A stretch of DNA of 64,000 bases from Methanobacteriota archaeon (GCA_963719035.1 CAVRAO010000006.1:96001-160000), one strand, 5' to 3'. Positions 50,142 to 61,527 are shown, numbered from the stretch's first letter. Numbers and translations: made by a program. The notes: generated by a model not told the origin, from the sequence alone.

Positions 50142-51719
50142 CTAAGAGGATTCTTGACCGTTATTTTTTAAGAAGTCAATGAATGTCGTCTCCATCGACG
50201 CGAGATTGCAGACTGGCATAACCCCGGGTCTCGGATTAATGTTCAGTGACTTTTGATACTTCGTTTGGCCTTGCCATGTCCCTGAGTTCACGACAGTGAC
50301 GCCTCGATATTGCGAAGCACCAATAGTATGAACGTGGCCGCTATGAAGGATGTCAGGTATCGTTTCAATAATGAAGTGATCTGTGCTCTCTGGCGCTATA
50401 GAGACCCTATTTCCATATACCGGTGAAAGATGCCGTCTTTTTAGCATTTCCTTCATCGCACCGTCAGGGTTGCTATATGATGAGCCAGGAACTGCCGCGA
50501 TTATATCGTCCAGAGCCCTGCCGTGATAGATGAGTATTTTGACGCCGCACAGTTCAATCAGCGAAGGATTGCCCACGCACGTGACGTTGTTACTGAAGCT
50601 TTTTGCATACTCATTTGAGAGGGCAGGCTGCGGCTCTGCTTGTCGAACTGCATCGTGGTTTCCCGGAGAAACAATGATAGAGAGCTCTGATGGCAACATG
50701 TCAATAAGGGAGGCGGCTTCCGCATATTGATCGTTGACGTCGTCAATGGCTAATTCCTCTTCTTGATTTGGAAAAACCCCAATGCCATCCACCACGTCGC
50801 CGGCCACGATAACGTAAGCCGTTTTGCGTGCTCTTTCATCATCGCTCGACGATATCCAATCAGCAAAATCCTTCCACGCGTTTATTAAGAACGTGTTACT
50901 ACCAACGTGAATATCAGAGGTGAGGGCCACGTATACGTCCGTCGCCGAGTATGTGGGTTGATTTTGCGGAGGGATCTCAGGCCACGTAATGCTATCAATA
51001 AAGATCACTTTTCCATCAGATGAGAGAGACCCGGTTATACCGATCACCTCGTCGTGTACCACTTGAAGGGCTGCGGTGTATGCGCTTTTATCTTTCAACG
51101 CAATTCCGCTGAAGTATCCGGTAGGGTCCTCCAACTCAATTACCCTGTGACCATTTGGTGTGTCGCGCATCTCATTTACCATGCCGACGATAGAGATTTT
51201 TCCGACTGTGGTAAACTCATCATCGAACAAAACCTCGCGTCTACGGTTGAATAACGTCAAGCTCTCGATTGGTCGAGTAGCAAGCCGCCTCTTTATGATT
51301 TCGCTGAGCCGGTCGTACCGATTTCTGAAGTATTGCACGAATTCTTCGTATGTACCTACACAATTGGAACTCTCGGTAATGTCCGCCAGAATTGTTATGG
51401 GCAGTGGTTGTCGTTGACGTAGCTGTGTTCCAACAGTGTGCGTTTCACTGAGTGGGCTCTCAACTATGATGTCCGAAATGTCCTCTTCGTTGTGATCGAA
51501 CAGAAGCATAGGCTTCACATTTTTTTTCCGTGAGTTCAGCGATTCTTTCGCCGCGGTGACGTTAGGGGGGGCAACAACTAGCACAGATTCATCAACGTTT
51601 CTCAACACCTCGTCAACTACTGCCAATGGCAGCTCGCTTTCCTGAATCATCACCACGGCTTCTTGGGTAACTAGAAAGCCGCTGTCAGAAAATTTCTCAA
51701 TTATGTCGGTTCGAATCAT
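50142..51719 (-). CDS. polB: DNA polymerase D small (exonuclease) subunit DP1
   Basis: SDIHVGS, GDVVDG, PGNHD, YHG, RRHL.P, GHVH, SGTWQ.QT. Confidence 0.95.
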   Translation of the reverse strand: MIRTDIIEKFSDSGFLVTQEAVVMIQESELPLAVVDEVLRNVDESVLVVAPPNVTAAKESLNSRKKNVKPMLLFDHNEEDISDIIVESPLSETHTVGTQLRQRQPLPITILADITESSNCVGTYEEFVQYFRNRYDRLSEIIKRRLATRPIESLTLFNRRREVLFDDEFTTVGKISIVGMVNEMRDTPNGHRVIELEDPTGYFSGIALKDKSAYTAALQVVHDEVIGITGSLSSDGKVIFIDSITWPEIPPQNQPTYSATDVYVALTSDIHVGSNTFLINAWKDFADWISSSDDERARKTAYVIVAGDVVDGIGVFPNQEEELAIDDVNDQYAEAASLIDMLPSELSIIVSPGNHDAVRQAEPQPALSNEYAKSFSNNVTCVGNPSLIELCGVKILIYHGRALDDIIAAVPGSSYSNPDGAMKEMLKRRHLSPVYGNRVSIAPESTDHFIIETIPDILHSGHVHTIGASQYRGVTVVNSGTWQGQTKYQKSLNINPRPGVMPVCNLASMETTFIDFLKNNGQESS

Positions 51720-51918
51720 AACAGGTCATGACGGGGAACGCTTTCGATAAGATATAAGCCAAAACTGACCCGGCGAAATCCTCCTTTTCTCTTACTCATT
51801 AGCGAGAACCTGCACGCTTGAGCAACGAAGCGCTCGACACGGCTGCCGTGGATTCCCACCAGCGCGTCGGCAGGTTATATAAAGCGTCAATTGCAACTAT
51901 CATCACACATCAGCCAGC

Positions 51919-52617
51919 TTGGCACCGTTTTTACGCTTCCTGAAATACATGCAAGATCAAACCAGAGAACGCACGAAGAAATTCTGGGAGACTGACAATT
52001 ATTGGTTAGCGCTTCTGCGTGATATAATAGTTGCATTTCTCGTTGTAGCTGTGATCTTGTCGATAGTATATGTGTACTCAGGGTCTGAGAGCCCGCTGGT
52101 GGCTGTGCAGTCGGGAAGTATGGTGCCCAACATAAACATTGGCGACGTCGTGTATAATCGAGGGCTAAACAGAGTGCCAGTAGTCACTAACAAAGAAGGG
52201 AAAGCAACTAATCACCTGAGGTTCGGCGACTACGGTGATGTCATTGTCTATAGGCCGAATGGCGAACGCGTGAGGCCGAATGGAGAACCCGTGACGCCAA
52301 TCATACACCGAGCTATATACTGGGTAAACGCGGGAGACCGTCTTCCAAACAATCAAACGGCTGCTCACGCAGGATATATCACTAAGGGGGACCACAACCA
52401 AGACTATGATCAGCCGTTGCTCTATGGCGGATCACCATTCGTCGAACCAGTTAAGCCCGAGTGGATAATCGGTGTTGCACAAGAGCCTGCTATACCGTGG
52501 ATCGGAAATTTACGGCTCGCTCTCCCTACCGTTATCAACCCATTAATTACGATATCCGATGAATACAGGAATATCTCGGTTCCAGCTTGCACAACAGCTT
52601 CACTCTTTCCAGTTTGA
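51919..52617 (+). CDS. Signal peptidase I (S26B, Sec11-like)
   Basis: V.SGSM.P, GDVI, PIIHR, TKGD.N. Confidence 0.9.
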   Translation: MAPFLRFLKYMQDQTRERTKKFWETDNYWLALLRDIIVAFLVVAVILSIVYVYSGSESPLVAVQSGSMVPNINIGDVVYNRGLNRVPVVTNKEGKATNHLRFGDYGDVIVYRPNGERVRPNGEPVTPIIHRAIYWVNAGDRLPNNQTAAHAGYITKGDHNQDYDQPLLYGGSPFVEPVKPEWIIGVAQEPAIPWIGNLRLALPTVINPLITISDEYRNISVPACTTASLFPV

Positions 52618-52720
52618 ACGCTTTGAGAGTCTGTGGAGGCTTCGTAGCGGGTTCAAAACTCGTTTCAACGGCTTTTTACGACAATTAGATACGCTTATAT
52701 GTGACGTTTCGACATAAGCT

Positions 52721-53938
52721 TTGACTATGCCGCCATTTCTCACGATGGACGATCTCGATACACACGGACGAGTGGTCCTAGTTCGCGTCGACTTGAATTC
52801 ACCCATAGGACCCAACGGAGAGATTCTTGATGACATTCGTTTTCGCGGCCATATTCCGACCATTGAAGCCTTGAAAGATGCAAAGACGGTGCTCCTTGCC
52901 CACCAGTCCCGGCCTGGGAAGCGAGATTTCACAACTATGGAGCAGCACGGCGAAAAGCTCTCCTCACTTCTCGGAAAAGACGTTACGTATGTCGATGACA
53001 TTTATGGACATAACGTACGGCAATCAATACAAGAGATGGAAACGGGAGATATTACTCTCCTCGAAAACGTGCGTTTTAGTTCGGAAGAGATGCTCAAGGC
53101 CCCCGTTGAAGATCTCACTAAAACGCATCTTGTTACGCAGCTGTCTCTACTATGTGATGTCTTTCTTAATGACGCGTTTGCAACTGCACACCGCGCACAA
53201 ACTTCGATCGTCGCTTTTCCGCGAGCATTGACTTCAGGAGCGGGGAAGTTGATGGAGCGAGAGGTCGAAATGCTCACAAAGGCGCTGACAACTTCCCAGC
53301 GGCCGCGACTGTTCATGCTTGGGGGGACAAAAGCAGACGATAGTGTCAAAGTCATTGAGCACGTTCTCGCTAAAGGAAGCGCTGACAAAGTGCTTGTTAC
53401 GGGCCTCGTAGCGAATATATTTTTGGCTGCTGCCGGAGTTGATATCGGACCTCCAAGCCTCGATTACATCAAATCTTCTGGATACGGCAATTATGTCGAG
53501 ATTTGTAAGAGATTGCTCGATAGCTACGACGGTAAAATAGTAACGCCCCTTGACGTGGCTTTAAACGACGGCGGAAAACGTTTAGAGGCACCAATTTCAG
53601 CGTTACCAAAGGCTTATCCAATATATGATATCGGCATAGAAACAATTGTCGCGTATTCGGCAGAACTCAAAGCGGCAGGTACCGTTGTGATGAACGGCCC
53701 TGCCGGAGTGTTCGAACAAAAGGCGTTTGCGCTCGGAACCGATGAAACGTTGAAGGCCGCAGCTCAATCCAAATTCTCTATACTAGGCGGGGGCCACATC
53801 GCCGCCGCAGCACGAAACATTGGTATTGCCAAGCACATCACTCACGTATCAACCGGAGGGGGGGCGTGCATAGATTTCTTGGCTGGAGAGACCTTGCCCG
53901 GGATTCAAGCGCTCATTGAGGCGAGCGATTTCGAATGA
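52721..53938 (+). CDS. pgk: Phosphoglycerate kinase
   Basis: RVDLNSP, HQSRPG, LENVRF, NDAF..HR, GG.K, STGGGA. Confidence 0.96.
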   Translation: MTMPPFLTMDDLDTHGRVVLVRVDLNSPIGPNGEILDDIRFRGHIPTIEALKDAKTVLLAHQSRPGKRDFTTMEQHGEKLSSLLGKDVTYVDDIYGHNVRQSIQEMETGDITLLENVRFSSEEMLKAPVEDLTKTHLVTQLSLLCDVFLNDAFATAHRAQTSIVAFPRALTSGAGKLMEREVEMLTKALTTSQRPRLFMLGGTKADDSVKVIEHVLAKGSADKVLVTGLVANIFLAAAGVDIGPPSLDYIKSSGYGNYVEICKRLLDSYDGKIVTPLDVALNDGGKRLEAPISALPKAYPIYDIGIETIVAYSAELKAAGTVVMNGPAGVFEQKAFALGTDETLKAAAQSKFSILGGGHIAAAARNIGIAKHITHVSTGGGACIDFLAGETLPGIQALIEASDFE

Positions 53939-54033
53939 GTACGTTAGCCGTCCCGTTTGTGAATCCAACGCCTTGTAGCTATACATTAAAAACGTATAAG
54001 TAGCGGCGGGCCTAAATAAAATCGCCTCAAAGC

Positions 54034-54169
54034 GCCTCGGTGGCTCAGCCTGGAAGAGCGATTGACTTGTAACTGTATGCGCAAAACGTTGCGCATCCAA
54101 ACGCTACTGGTACTCAAGATTGCGGAGCAAGTTATCAATAGGTCGGGGGTTCAAATCCCTCCCGGGGCT
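54034..54169 (+). tRNA. tRNA-Thr(UGU) with 62-nt intron at 37/38 (54072-54133)
   Basis: Acceptor GCCTCGG/CCGGGGC, anticodon stem ATTGA/TCAAT, T-loop TTCAAAT; BHB with helix CTTG/CAAG and bulges TAA and TTA. Confidence 0.92.
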
Positions 54170-54263
54170 TTTTTCCTTCACACAGCGGGTCTGCAGAAGT
54201 GAGGCGGTTCAGAGCAGATCCGTGTGAGTGTGCTGGATATGCAGAAATTCAGGTGATGCCAAA

Positions 54264-54911
54264 ATGATGTCCATAACTACGCTGACAGTCCCAGAGGGCT
54301 GGTATAAAGCAGTCAGACACATCATGGAATTTGGCAATGTGGTGGACACTGAGTACGAAGTCAAAGCGCGCCAGATCCTAATGGGGATGATCCAAATCGA
54401 CAAGCCCACCTTGGGTTGGCATAAAGGTGATACTTTTTGTTCGAAAGCCCGGGTAGAGGAGTATAAGAAACAGTTCGATCGCGCCTACTTACACCAACAC
54501 CACTTCGAATATACTTATTTAGAGCGACTCGTAGAGGGGCACGGAATTGATCAGTTAGCGTGGATGAAAGACCAGCTATTAAAGAAACGAGTCGGATCGA
54601 AGCGTATTCAGGCAATTACGTGGATCCCACAAATTGACTCTCAAAAGGACGAAGACCAACCGTGCTTTCAGAGAATGTGGGTTTACCTACACAGCAATGA
54701 GAGGCTTGACGTCCACATCATGTACCGAAGTTGGGACGTTTTCCAAGCATATGAAGCCAATATTAACGCGTTTCTTTCCCTAGTCAAAAAGGAGCTTTTG
54801 GAGCCTACAGGACTGAAGATGGGGACGTTATGCACGGTTGGCAACTCGATGCATATCTATGATTACAACTGGGATGAGGCTCAAAACCTCCTTGAGAAAT
54901 ATAAGAAATAG
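54264..54911 (+). CDS. thyA: Thymidylate synthase (archaeal ThyA type)
   Basis: F.YTY.ERL, DQL, S.R..A.TW, PC, RS.D...A..AN, S.HIY. Confidence 0.85.
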   Translation: MMSITTLTVPEGWYKAVRHIMEFGNVVDTEYEVKARQILMGMIQIDKPTLGWHKGDTFCSKARVEEYKKQFDRAYLHQHHFEYTYLERLVEGHGIDQLAWMKDQLLKKRVGSKRIQAITWIPQIDSQKDEDQPCFQRMWVYLHSNERLDVHIMYRSWDVFQAYEANINAFLSLVKKELLEPTGLKMGTLCTVGNSMHIYDYNWDEAQNLLEKYKK

Positions 54912-55323
54912 CGCTTTGTTGGTGACTCACGGGACAAATAAGACTGATCTCGGCTCAAGCGGGCTCTAAAGGGCAGTGACGGACGGGGCAGACACTCACA
55001 AACGCTCGGAGTCCAACTTGTTAGCTTCGGGACGTCTGTCACTAACGCTGTGTGGCGAGCGAAATCATTAAAAATTGAAAAAGTTCAAATTTTGTTTATC
55101 TAAACCGCTATCCTGTTGCTAAACAAGATAATATTATTATTAAAATAAAGTATTCTTCCGTTAAATTTAAACTCAGTTGTATTTTATACATATTTATAGC
55201 GATTAACTAAAATCGGGATATAGAGACCAGTTCCTTTTAAGTTGAATGAATCTGTAAACGCCAGTTAACAGATTGGCCCTCGCTATAACACAATTATTGA
55301 ACTGTAAGAACACGGAGTGAATC

Positions 55324-56598
55324 ATGACCCTAATTGATCGCGCAAAGCAAGGAATTATCAGTGACGAAATGATGACCGTCGCCTCTGATGAGGGCGTGAC
55401 GCCTGAATTTATCTGCCGCGGGATTGCGAACGGACAGATCGTAATTCCGATAAGTCCATACCGGGAGACCAAACCGATTGGAATAGGCAAAGGGCTTAGG
55501 ACCAAGGTTAACGCTTCGGTTGGCACCTCTTCAGACATCTTGGATGTCGATCTCGAAGTCGAAAAAACAAAGGTGGCTGAGGCTGCGGGAGCTGACTCCA
55601 TAATGGAGCTGTCCGCCGCTGGTGACTTTTACGAAATCAGAAGGAGGGTAATCGAAGCAACTTCCCTGTCCGTTGGGAGCGTTCCACTCTATCAAGCGTT
55701 TATTGAAGCTGCACGGCAGTCAGGCTCAATCGTTGATATGCGAGAGGATGATCTCTTCAGAGTGACTGAAGAGCAAGCGAAACTCGGTACCAACTTCATG
55801 GCGATTCACACCGGAATAAACTGGGTGACGCTCGACAGGCTGAAGGCTCAGGGACGGCACGCTGGCCTCTGTTCGAGAGGCGGAGCTCTAATGTCAGCGT
55901 GGATGGCTCACAACGAGCGAGAGAACCCACTGTACAGTGAATTTGACTACCTTCTTGAAATCCTCAAGCGACACGAAGTCACCCTTAGCATGGGAAATGG
56001 CATGCGAGCAGGCGCTGTGCATGATTCTACTGATAGGGCCCAGATTCAAGAGCTGGTAATTAATGCCGAGCTCTCTGACAAAGCACACGAATTTGGGGTG
56101 CAAACGATCGTTGAAGGCCCGGGACACATACCTGTTGATGAGATTCAAGCCAACGTGGTTCTGGAAAAGCGACTGACCGGGGACAAGCCCTTCTATATGC
56201 TCGGGCCGCTCGTAACTGACATAGCACCTGGTTATGACAACATAGTGGCCGCGATCGGAGCAGCGCTATCGTCTTCTTATGGCGCTGATTTCATCTGCTA
56301 TGTTACGCCGGCAGAGCACCTTGCCTTGCCGTATCCAGAGGACGTGCGCCTTGGGGTCATCTCTGCGCGCATCGCTGCTCATATCGGGGACATGGTAAAG
56401 CTTGGCAACAGGGACGACGACCTTAAAATGGCGCAAGCGCGCAACGAAATCGATTGGGCGAAACAGTTTAAAGTCGCAATCGACCCACAAGCTGCAGCGA
56501 ACATTCGTAAGGAACGAATGCCTTCAGATTCTAACACGTGTACCATGTGCGGCGAGTTCTGCGCCTACAAAATCGTCAAAGAGTACTTCGAACTATGA
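55324..56598 (+). CDS. ThiC-family radical SAM enzyme (ThiC or 5-hydroxybenzimidazole synthase BzaF)
   Basis: TKVNASVGTS, SRGG, ENPLY, EGPGH, YVTPAEHL, CTMCGEFC; has GNGMRAG in place of GDGLRPG. Confidence 0.85.
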   Translation: MTLIDRAKQGIISDEMMTVASDEGVTPEFICRGIANGQIVIPISPYRETKPIGIGKGLRTKVNASVGTSSDILDVDLEVEKTKVAEAAGADSIMELSAAGDFYEIRRRVIEATSLSVGSVPLYQAFIEAARQSGSIVDMREDDLFRVTEEQAKLGTNFMAIHTGINWVTLDRLKAQGRHAGLCSRGGALMSAWMAHNERENPLYSEFDYLLEILKRHEVTLSMGNGMRAGAVHDSTDRAQIQELVINAELSDKAHEFGVQTIVEGPGHIPVDEIQANVVLEKRLTGDKPFYMLGPLVTDIAPGYDNIVAAIGAALSSSYGADFICYVTPAEHLALPYPEDVRLGVISARIAAHIGDMVKLGNRDDDLKMAQARNEIDWAKQFKVAIDPQAAANIRKERMPSDSNTCTMCGEFCAYKIVKEYFEL

Positions 56599-56802
56599 TG
56601 GCGCGGCACGCCTTGCGATGTGCTAATATCGTGCTTGTCTCGTAGGATGCGGTTTATGATTATGAGGTGAGAGTGCGACAGGAGTTTGCACGTCCCTGAA
56701 CCACAAGCTTAGGCAAACTCGATATATCTTTTCGGACTTGTTACACTATATGTCAGAAACGTCATCATCCGTTCATCGCGCTTTTCTTTTGCAGCCAAGC
56801 TA

Positions 56803-57510
56803 TCACAATAGCCGGAGGTATTTGAGCCCTTCAACGACACCAAGCCCGTACTGCTCTTCTGCGACATAGTGTGCAGCAGCTTGCGCTTTTGGATCTGCGT
56901 TGCCGACTGCGATCCCCCTCCCTGCTATCTCTAGCATTTCAACGTCATTTTCAGCGTCTCCAAACGCCGCAAATTCGTCGACGGAGATTCCAAGCAGGTG
57001 CGCGACTCCAATTAGGCCGACGCCCTTGTTGACGCGCGCGTCCTTTAAATGGAGAGCGAACCCCGAATCGACGATGGTAACGCCATCACAGCACTGAGCC
57101 ACCATCTTGCGAAGCGATTCGACGTCAGAGGTCGATAGGTTGTCTTTGCTGTAAGCAATCTCGGTAACACGCTCTTTGGCGTTGATCCGCTGAAGAGTAA
57201 ACTCACTGCTGCCCTCGATTTCTTGTGCCGCTCGACTGCAGGCAGCAATATCCCCAGTAACAAGCTTCGATTTACCGACAGTGACGATACCTCCGTTTTC
57301 GGCGATCACGCCTGAGCTTTTTCCGATACTGACCGCAAGCGCATCTGCAAAACACAAAACGTTACCGGTCGCTAAAACTACCGGAACTGTCAATTGTCGA
57401 ATGGCTCGAACAACGGTAAGATCCAATGACCGGTCAGGGAAGGTTAAAGTGCCGTCGATATCAAACGCTACAGCTTTAATCAAAGTACCACTTTCATGGT
57501 GGCGGGACAA
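56803..57510 (-). CDS. Phosphoglycolate phosphatase (archaeal HAD/SPP-like)
   Basis: DIDGTLT, ATGN, AENGG, NKG, GDAEND. Confidence 0.88.
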   Translation of the reverse strand: MSRHHESGTLIKAVAFDIDGTLTFPDRSLDLTVVRAIRQLTVPVVLATGNVLCFADALAVSIGKSSGVIAENGGIVTVGKSKLVTGDIAACSRAAQEIEGSSEFTLQRINAKERVTEIAYSKDNLSTSDVESLRKMVAQCCDGVTIVDSGFALHLKDARVNKGVGLIGVAHLLGISVDEFAAFGDAENDVEMLEIAGRGIAVGNADPKAQAAAHYVAEEQYGLGVVEGLKYLRLL

Positions 57511-57537
57511 CTCCGAAATACTTGAGCTTTCTCTCGT

Positions 57538-58512
57538 TTAGTCGCGTATTCCCTCTGACTCCACCGAAAATATCGCTTCGCCTTCAGGAAGGTTTGGCGA
57601 GTCTACAAGGCGTGCTATGCGTTTGCCTCCTTTCGATTTTCTCAAATACAACCTGAAAGTTGCGGTATGGCCTAATATATGACCACCGATCGGTCGCGTT
57701 GGATCGCCAAAGAAGGCATCAGGTTTTGCTTGAACTTGATTAGTAACGAGCACGACTGCATTGTTTAACGTTCCAAAGCGCATAAGGTCGTGCAGATGCT
57801 TGTTTAACTTTTGTTGTCTGTCTGCAAGCGTACCTCTGCCGACATACTCCGCCCTAAAATGGGCAGTAAGCGAGTCCACGATAAGGAGTTTCACAGGGCG
57901 CTCAGTCGCCTTAAGCTGTTCTGATAGCTCACTTGCCGCTTCGACTAGTAATATTTGGTGATTAGAATTGTGTGCCCGCGCGACGTGGATATTTCTTAAC
58001 ACGTCTTCAGGATCGAGATCGAGACCTCCTGCGATCTGACTGATGCGTTCCGGCCTAAAGGTGTTCTCGGTGTCAATTAATATGCACGATCCGTCAAGGC
58101 CTCCGCGTTCGTGCCCGAGCTGAACATTGACCGCAAGCTGATGCGCAACTTGGGTCTTTCCAGAGCCAAATTCTCCGTAGAGCTCGGTGATCGCTTGGGT
58201 TTCCACACCCCCCCCAAGCAGCCCATCAAAAGCCTCGCTTCCGGTCTTAAGTTTACCTACGTGTTTCCTTCTTTCAAGAATGACATCGCCGGTCTCAAAA
58301 CCGCCGATGTCTGCAGCTTGGCGCGCCGCTATTATGATCTTGGAGGCGGTTGCCTCACCGAGATCTGCTGCGTTTGATAACTCCGAAGGGGATGCTACGG
58401 CAACTGCTTCCACTGAGTTAAAACCAGCTTCCTTCAACTTCTCTGCGGTAGCAGGGCCTACACCTGGCAGGTCTTCGATACTAAAACCATCGATTTCTTC
58501 TACTTCTTCCAT
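57538..58512 (-). CDS. radA: DNA repair and recombination protein RadA
   Basis: [35 protein letters not shown]. Confidence 0.97.
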   Translation of the reverse strand: MEEVEEIDGFSIEDLPGVGPATAEKLKEAGFNSVEAVAVASPSELSNAADLGEATASKIIIAARQAADIGGFETGDVILERRKHVGKLKTGSEAFDGLLGGGVETQAITELYGEFGSGKTQVAHQLAVNVQLGHERGGLDGSCILIDTENTFRPERISQIAGGLDLDPEDVLRNIHVARAHNSNHQILLVEAASELSEQLKATERPVKLLIVDSLTAHFRAEYVGRGTLADRQQKLNKHLHDLMRFGTLNNAVVLVTNQVQAKPDAFFGDPTRPIGGHILGHTATFRLYLRKSKGGKRIARLVDSPNLPEGEAIFSVESEGIRD

Positions 58513-58610
58513 ACACCCACCCTCCCTTTCTTGTCGCAACCCTTGGAGAGTCGTACACGCTAATCACTTGTGCACTATAAAGGCTTTTGAGGAGTGCAGA
58601 GCGAAAGTGT

Positions 58611-60053
58611 TTATCGCACGTCCGCCTTCTGGATCGCGGACTGAAGCTCATCGATTCTTCTCTTGATTGTCGCAAGTTTTCGAGAGGCCAAGTCCTGCGG
58701 CGTTTTTGACACGCTTTTAGCCGCAAACTTGTCATTCGTTCTAATACCAACAACCGTAACCTCATCCCCAACGTCAAAGGTCACATTGCTAAATGCTTTG
58801 TCAAAAGTCACGTAGTCGATCCCATTGTCGACGCACACCGACGCCGCCGATGAAATCACCGTACCGGTAACGCCTCCGTCAGTACTCTCTTGCGGCGCGG
58901 TATTTTGGCTTGGCGCCCTAACCTCCTTACCTGCTAAACCAAGACCACTTCTCCAGTCAACACTCAGTTCGAGTTGGTTGTCAAAGCCGTTTTTGGGGGT
59001 GCCATCGCGCAATATGACATTGCTGTGCGTATCTTCTTCGGTTACTGCGAGTGCTTTATCGCCCCAGAGGGCCACTCGTATGTCGCCAGTATCGTCCTTT
59101 AGCACGATGTTTCTCACTTGCCCGGCGCTACCATTATTTCTAGTGAATTCCCGGAGAGCCCCAACGTTCTCGATGACTCCCTTAACTGTACACGGGACGT
59201 CCGCTTTGACCTCACCAATGGGGGTGATTCGCTCAACGAATTCAATAGTTCGGGCCCCTTTCAGGAGCGATCCGCGACTGCCCACATTTACTTCGAGCCA
59301 TCCATAACGCTCTCGCGTATATCCATTGGTGATGTCAACCACATCCCCAGAGACAAAATCAACAGCCTTTTCAGCCAGATCGTCCCAAAGCGTTACGCGC
59401 ACCTTTCCCGTTTCATCGCCGATCGTTATGTTCGAGACTTTTCCTACCGAGCCATCGCGCTTTGAAAAAGTACGTACGGGTCCGACGTCGAGTATAACAC
59501 CACTTATTTCGACCGCATTGAGTCCTGCCATAAGGTCAACAATCTTCTCTTTATCCTTGGAGGAGGTTATCTCAGTTTTTGGCACTGATTCATCGACTTC
59601 AATTTCTCGTGCGTTCACTTCTAAGCCATATGGCCCTTCCTTGACGACTCCCGCAATCTTAAGGGTCTGTCCAATTTGAAGCTCTTCAACATGTTTTGCA
59701 AGATCGTTCCATAAGACTACGCGAATTGACCCCGTTTCGTCCGAAATGACGAGATTCGCTACATAACCAACATCACCATTACGGGTGAATTCTCTCGTCG
59801 GCGAGATTCGCGAGAGTTTCCCAACAAATGCGACGGCTCTCGTTTGTCCATCGATTTGTCCGATTTGCACGATCGTATCGATGCCAAGCTCGTGAGCTAC
59901 GAGCATGGCTGCAGTCTTATCATCACACAAACCAGACATGTCCTCCACTTTTTGAGCGACTCTTTCAACGAACTCCTCCCTCGAAATCGTATTGGCTAAG
60001 CGTTCGTAAATATTCGCAACATCATCAGAAAGGGGGTCTAAGTTTCCTTGCAC
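58611..60053 (-). CDS. rpa: Replication protein A (multi-OB-fold ssDNA-binding protein)
   Basis: Three repeats of R.F.R..G..G.V.N..I.DETG.IR..LW; upstream of radA. Confidence 0.88.
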   Translation of the reverse strand: MQGNLDPLSDDVANIYERLANTISREEFVERVAQKVEDMSGLCDDKTAAMLVAHELGIDTIVQIGQIDGQTRAVAFVGKLSRISPTREFTRNGDVGYVANLVISDETGSIRVVLWNDLAKHVEELQIGQTLKIAGVVKEGPYGLEVNAREIEVDESVPKTEITSSKDKEKIVDLMAGLNAVEISGVILDVGPVRTFSKRDGSVGKVSNITIGDETGKVRVTLWDDLAEKAVDFVSGDVVDITNGYTRERYGWLEVNVGSRGSLLKGARTIEFVERITPIGEVKADVPCTVKGVIENVGALREFTRNNGSAGQVRNIVLKDDTGDIRVALWGDKALAVTEEDTHSNVILRDGTPKNGFDNQLELSVDWRSGLGLAGKEVRAPSQNTAPQESTDGGVTGTVISSAASVCVDNGIDYVTFDKAFSNVTFDVGDEVTVVGIRTNDKFAAKSVSKTPQDLASRKLATIKRRIDELQSAIQKADVR

Positions 60054-60282
60054 CTTCAGTAGAATAACCCCTTATCTTAATAACTTTGTCAAAAAGGCAC
60101 AGCGAGTGTGAAACCGTGCGAGTTCCAGCTAGGGTCCCATACCCTTTGAGAGTTCAAAGGCTTCACTGCATCCACATTTGTCGCAAACGATTCTTTTCTT
60201 CGTCATGAAATATTTTTTATACTTCTGTCGCGTGTTATGACAGCGACCTACACACTGTTTTTGGTTGAGGGGCACGCCGAGG

Positions 60283-61527
60283 ATGGGACAAACAATTGCC
60301 GAGAAGATATTCTCAAATTCAGCTGGAAGAGTCGTAACGGCTGGGGAATTTGTCGACGCTGCGATAGACGTCGCCATGATTCACGATATTACGGGACCTC
60401 TGGCCGTGAAGACGCTCTACGAAATAACAGATCGGGTGTGGGATCGTACCAAAGTAATCATGCTTTTTGACCACCAGGTACCTGCTGACTCGATCGACGC
60501 CGCCGTTAACCACCTCGAACTTCGTAAGTTTGCGAAACGAGAGGGGATCCTAAACTACGATGTGCAAGAAGGTGTATGCCATCAAGTCATGGTCGAAAAG
60601 GGGCACGTGCTTCCGGGAGAGCTCGTCATAGGCGCCGATTCACACACGTGCACATACGGCGCTGTGGGGGCGTTTGCAACCGGCGTTGGATCGACAGATA
60701 TGGGGGTCGCCCTCGCGTCCGGAAAGCTGTGGTTTAAAGTTCCGGATACCATCGCATTTGATATTGAAGGAAAACTCTCACGACGCGTTTATGCTAAGGA
60801 TGTGATACTCACACTAATCGGCGACGTCGGCGTAAATGGCGCCACTTACAAGGCGTGTGAATTCGGTGGGGAAGCCGTTGTTCACATGGACATCCCCAAC
60901 CGGATGACCCTCTGCAATATGGCCGTCGAAATGGGAGGAAAAACGGGGATTGTAGCACCCGACAAAGCAACAGCCGCATTTCTAGAGGAGCGCTCCGTCG
61001 ACGGAGACTTCACGCTGGACTCAGACGAAGATGCAACGAAAGTCTTGCGTCGCTACAACGCGAGCGAAATGGTCCCCGTGGTTGCAAAACCCCATCAGGT
61101 CGATAACGTGGTGCCAGTCACGGACGTTGAAGGCTATCACATAGACCAGGTATTCATCGGTTCGTGTACAAACGGCCGGTACGAAGATCTAAAAGCAGCA
61201 GCTGAGCTACTAGAGGGAGAGACCGTGGCGCGGGGGGTGCGACTGATTGTGATTCCCGCTTCGAGAACCGAGTTTCAGAGGGCATTAAAAACAGGCCTTA
61301 TAGAGATCTTCACCGACAGCGGCGCTCTCGTTGAAGCCCCTTGTTGCGGTCCGTGTATGGGTGGGTCGTTTGGCATACTCGGTCCAGGTGAGGTTGGTCT
61401 CAGCACGTCAAACCGCAACTTCGTTGGCAGACAAGGAAGCCCGATGGCTGCCGTATATCTATGTTCCCCTGCGACCGCGGCGGCGTCTGCAGTCAATGGG
61501 GTAATAACTGATCCGAGAACGCATTAG
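60283..61527 (+). CDS. leuC: 3-isopropylmalate dehydratase (or homoaconitase) large subunit
   Basis: HD, DH, GVCHQ, DSHTCT, GSCTNGR, CGPCMG, NRNF.GR. Confidence 0.85.
   Translation: MGQTIAEKIFSNSAGRVVTAGEFVDAAIDVAMIHDITGPLAVKTLYEITDRVWDRTKVIMLFDHQVPADSIDAAVNHLELRKFAKREGILNYDVQEGVCHQVMVEKGHVLPGELVIGADSHTCTYGAVGAFATGVGSTDMGVALASGKLWFKVPDTIAFDIEGKLSRRVYAKDVILTLIGDVGVNGATYKACEFGGEAVVHMDIPNRMTLCNMAVEMGGKTGIVAPDKATAAFLEERSVDGDFTLDSDEDATKVLRRYNASEMVPVVAKPHQVDNVVPVTDVEGYHIDQVFIGSCTNGRYEDLKAAAELLEGETVARGVRLIVIPASRTEFQRALKTGLIEIFTDSGALVEAPCCGPCMGGSFGILGPGEVGLSTSNRNFVGRQGSPMAAVYLCSPATAAASAVNGVITDPRTH

Noticed and set aside
52575-52625. TTCCAG-containing motifs at the sec11 3' end as ORBs
   Set aside because: Poor match, no G-string, and inside coding sequence
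55200-55323. TPP or cobalamin riboswitch upstream of the thiC-like gene
   Set aside because: Only one hairpin (AATCTGT/ACAGATT); no TGAGA or B12-box consensus recognisable
2241-59679. Numerous long antisense or overlapping ORFs in the track (e.g. 8147-8839, 10045-10740, 23518-24306, 46704-47444)
   Set aside because: Shadow frames of well-supported genes on the opposite strand, with no motifs of their own
60129-60206. 25-codon CxxC ORF (MTKKRIVCDKCGC...)
   Set aside because: Too short, a single Cys cluster, lies in the divergent promoter region; no support
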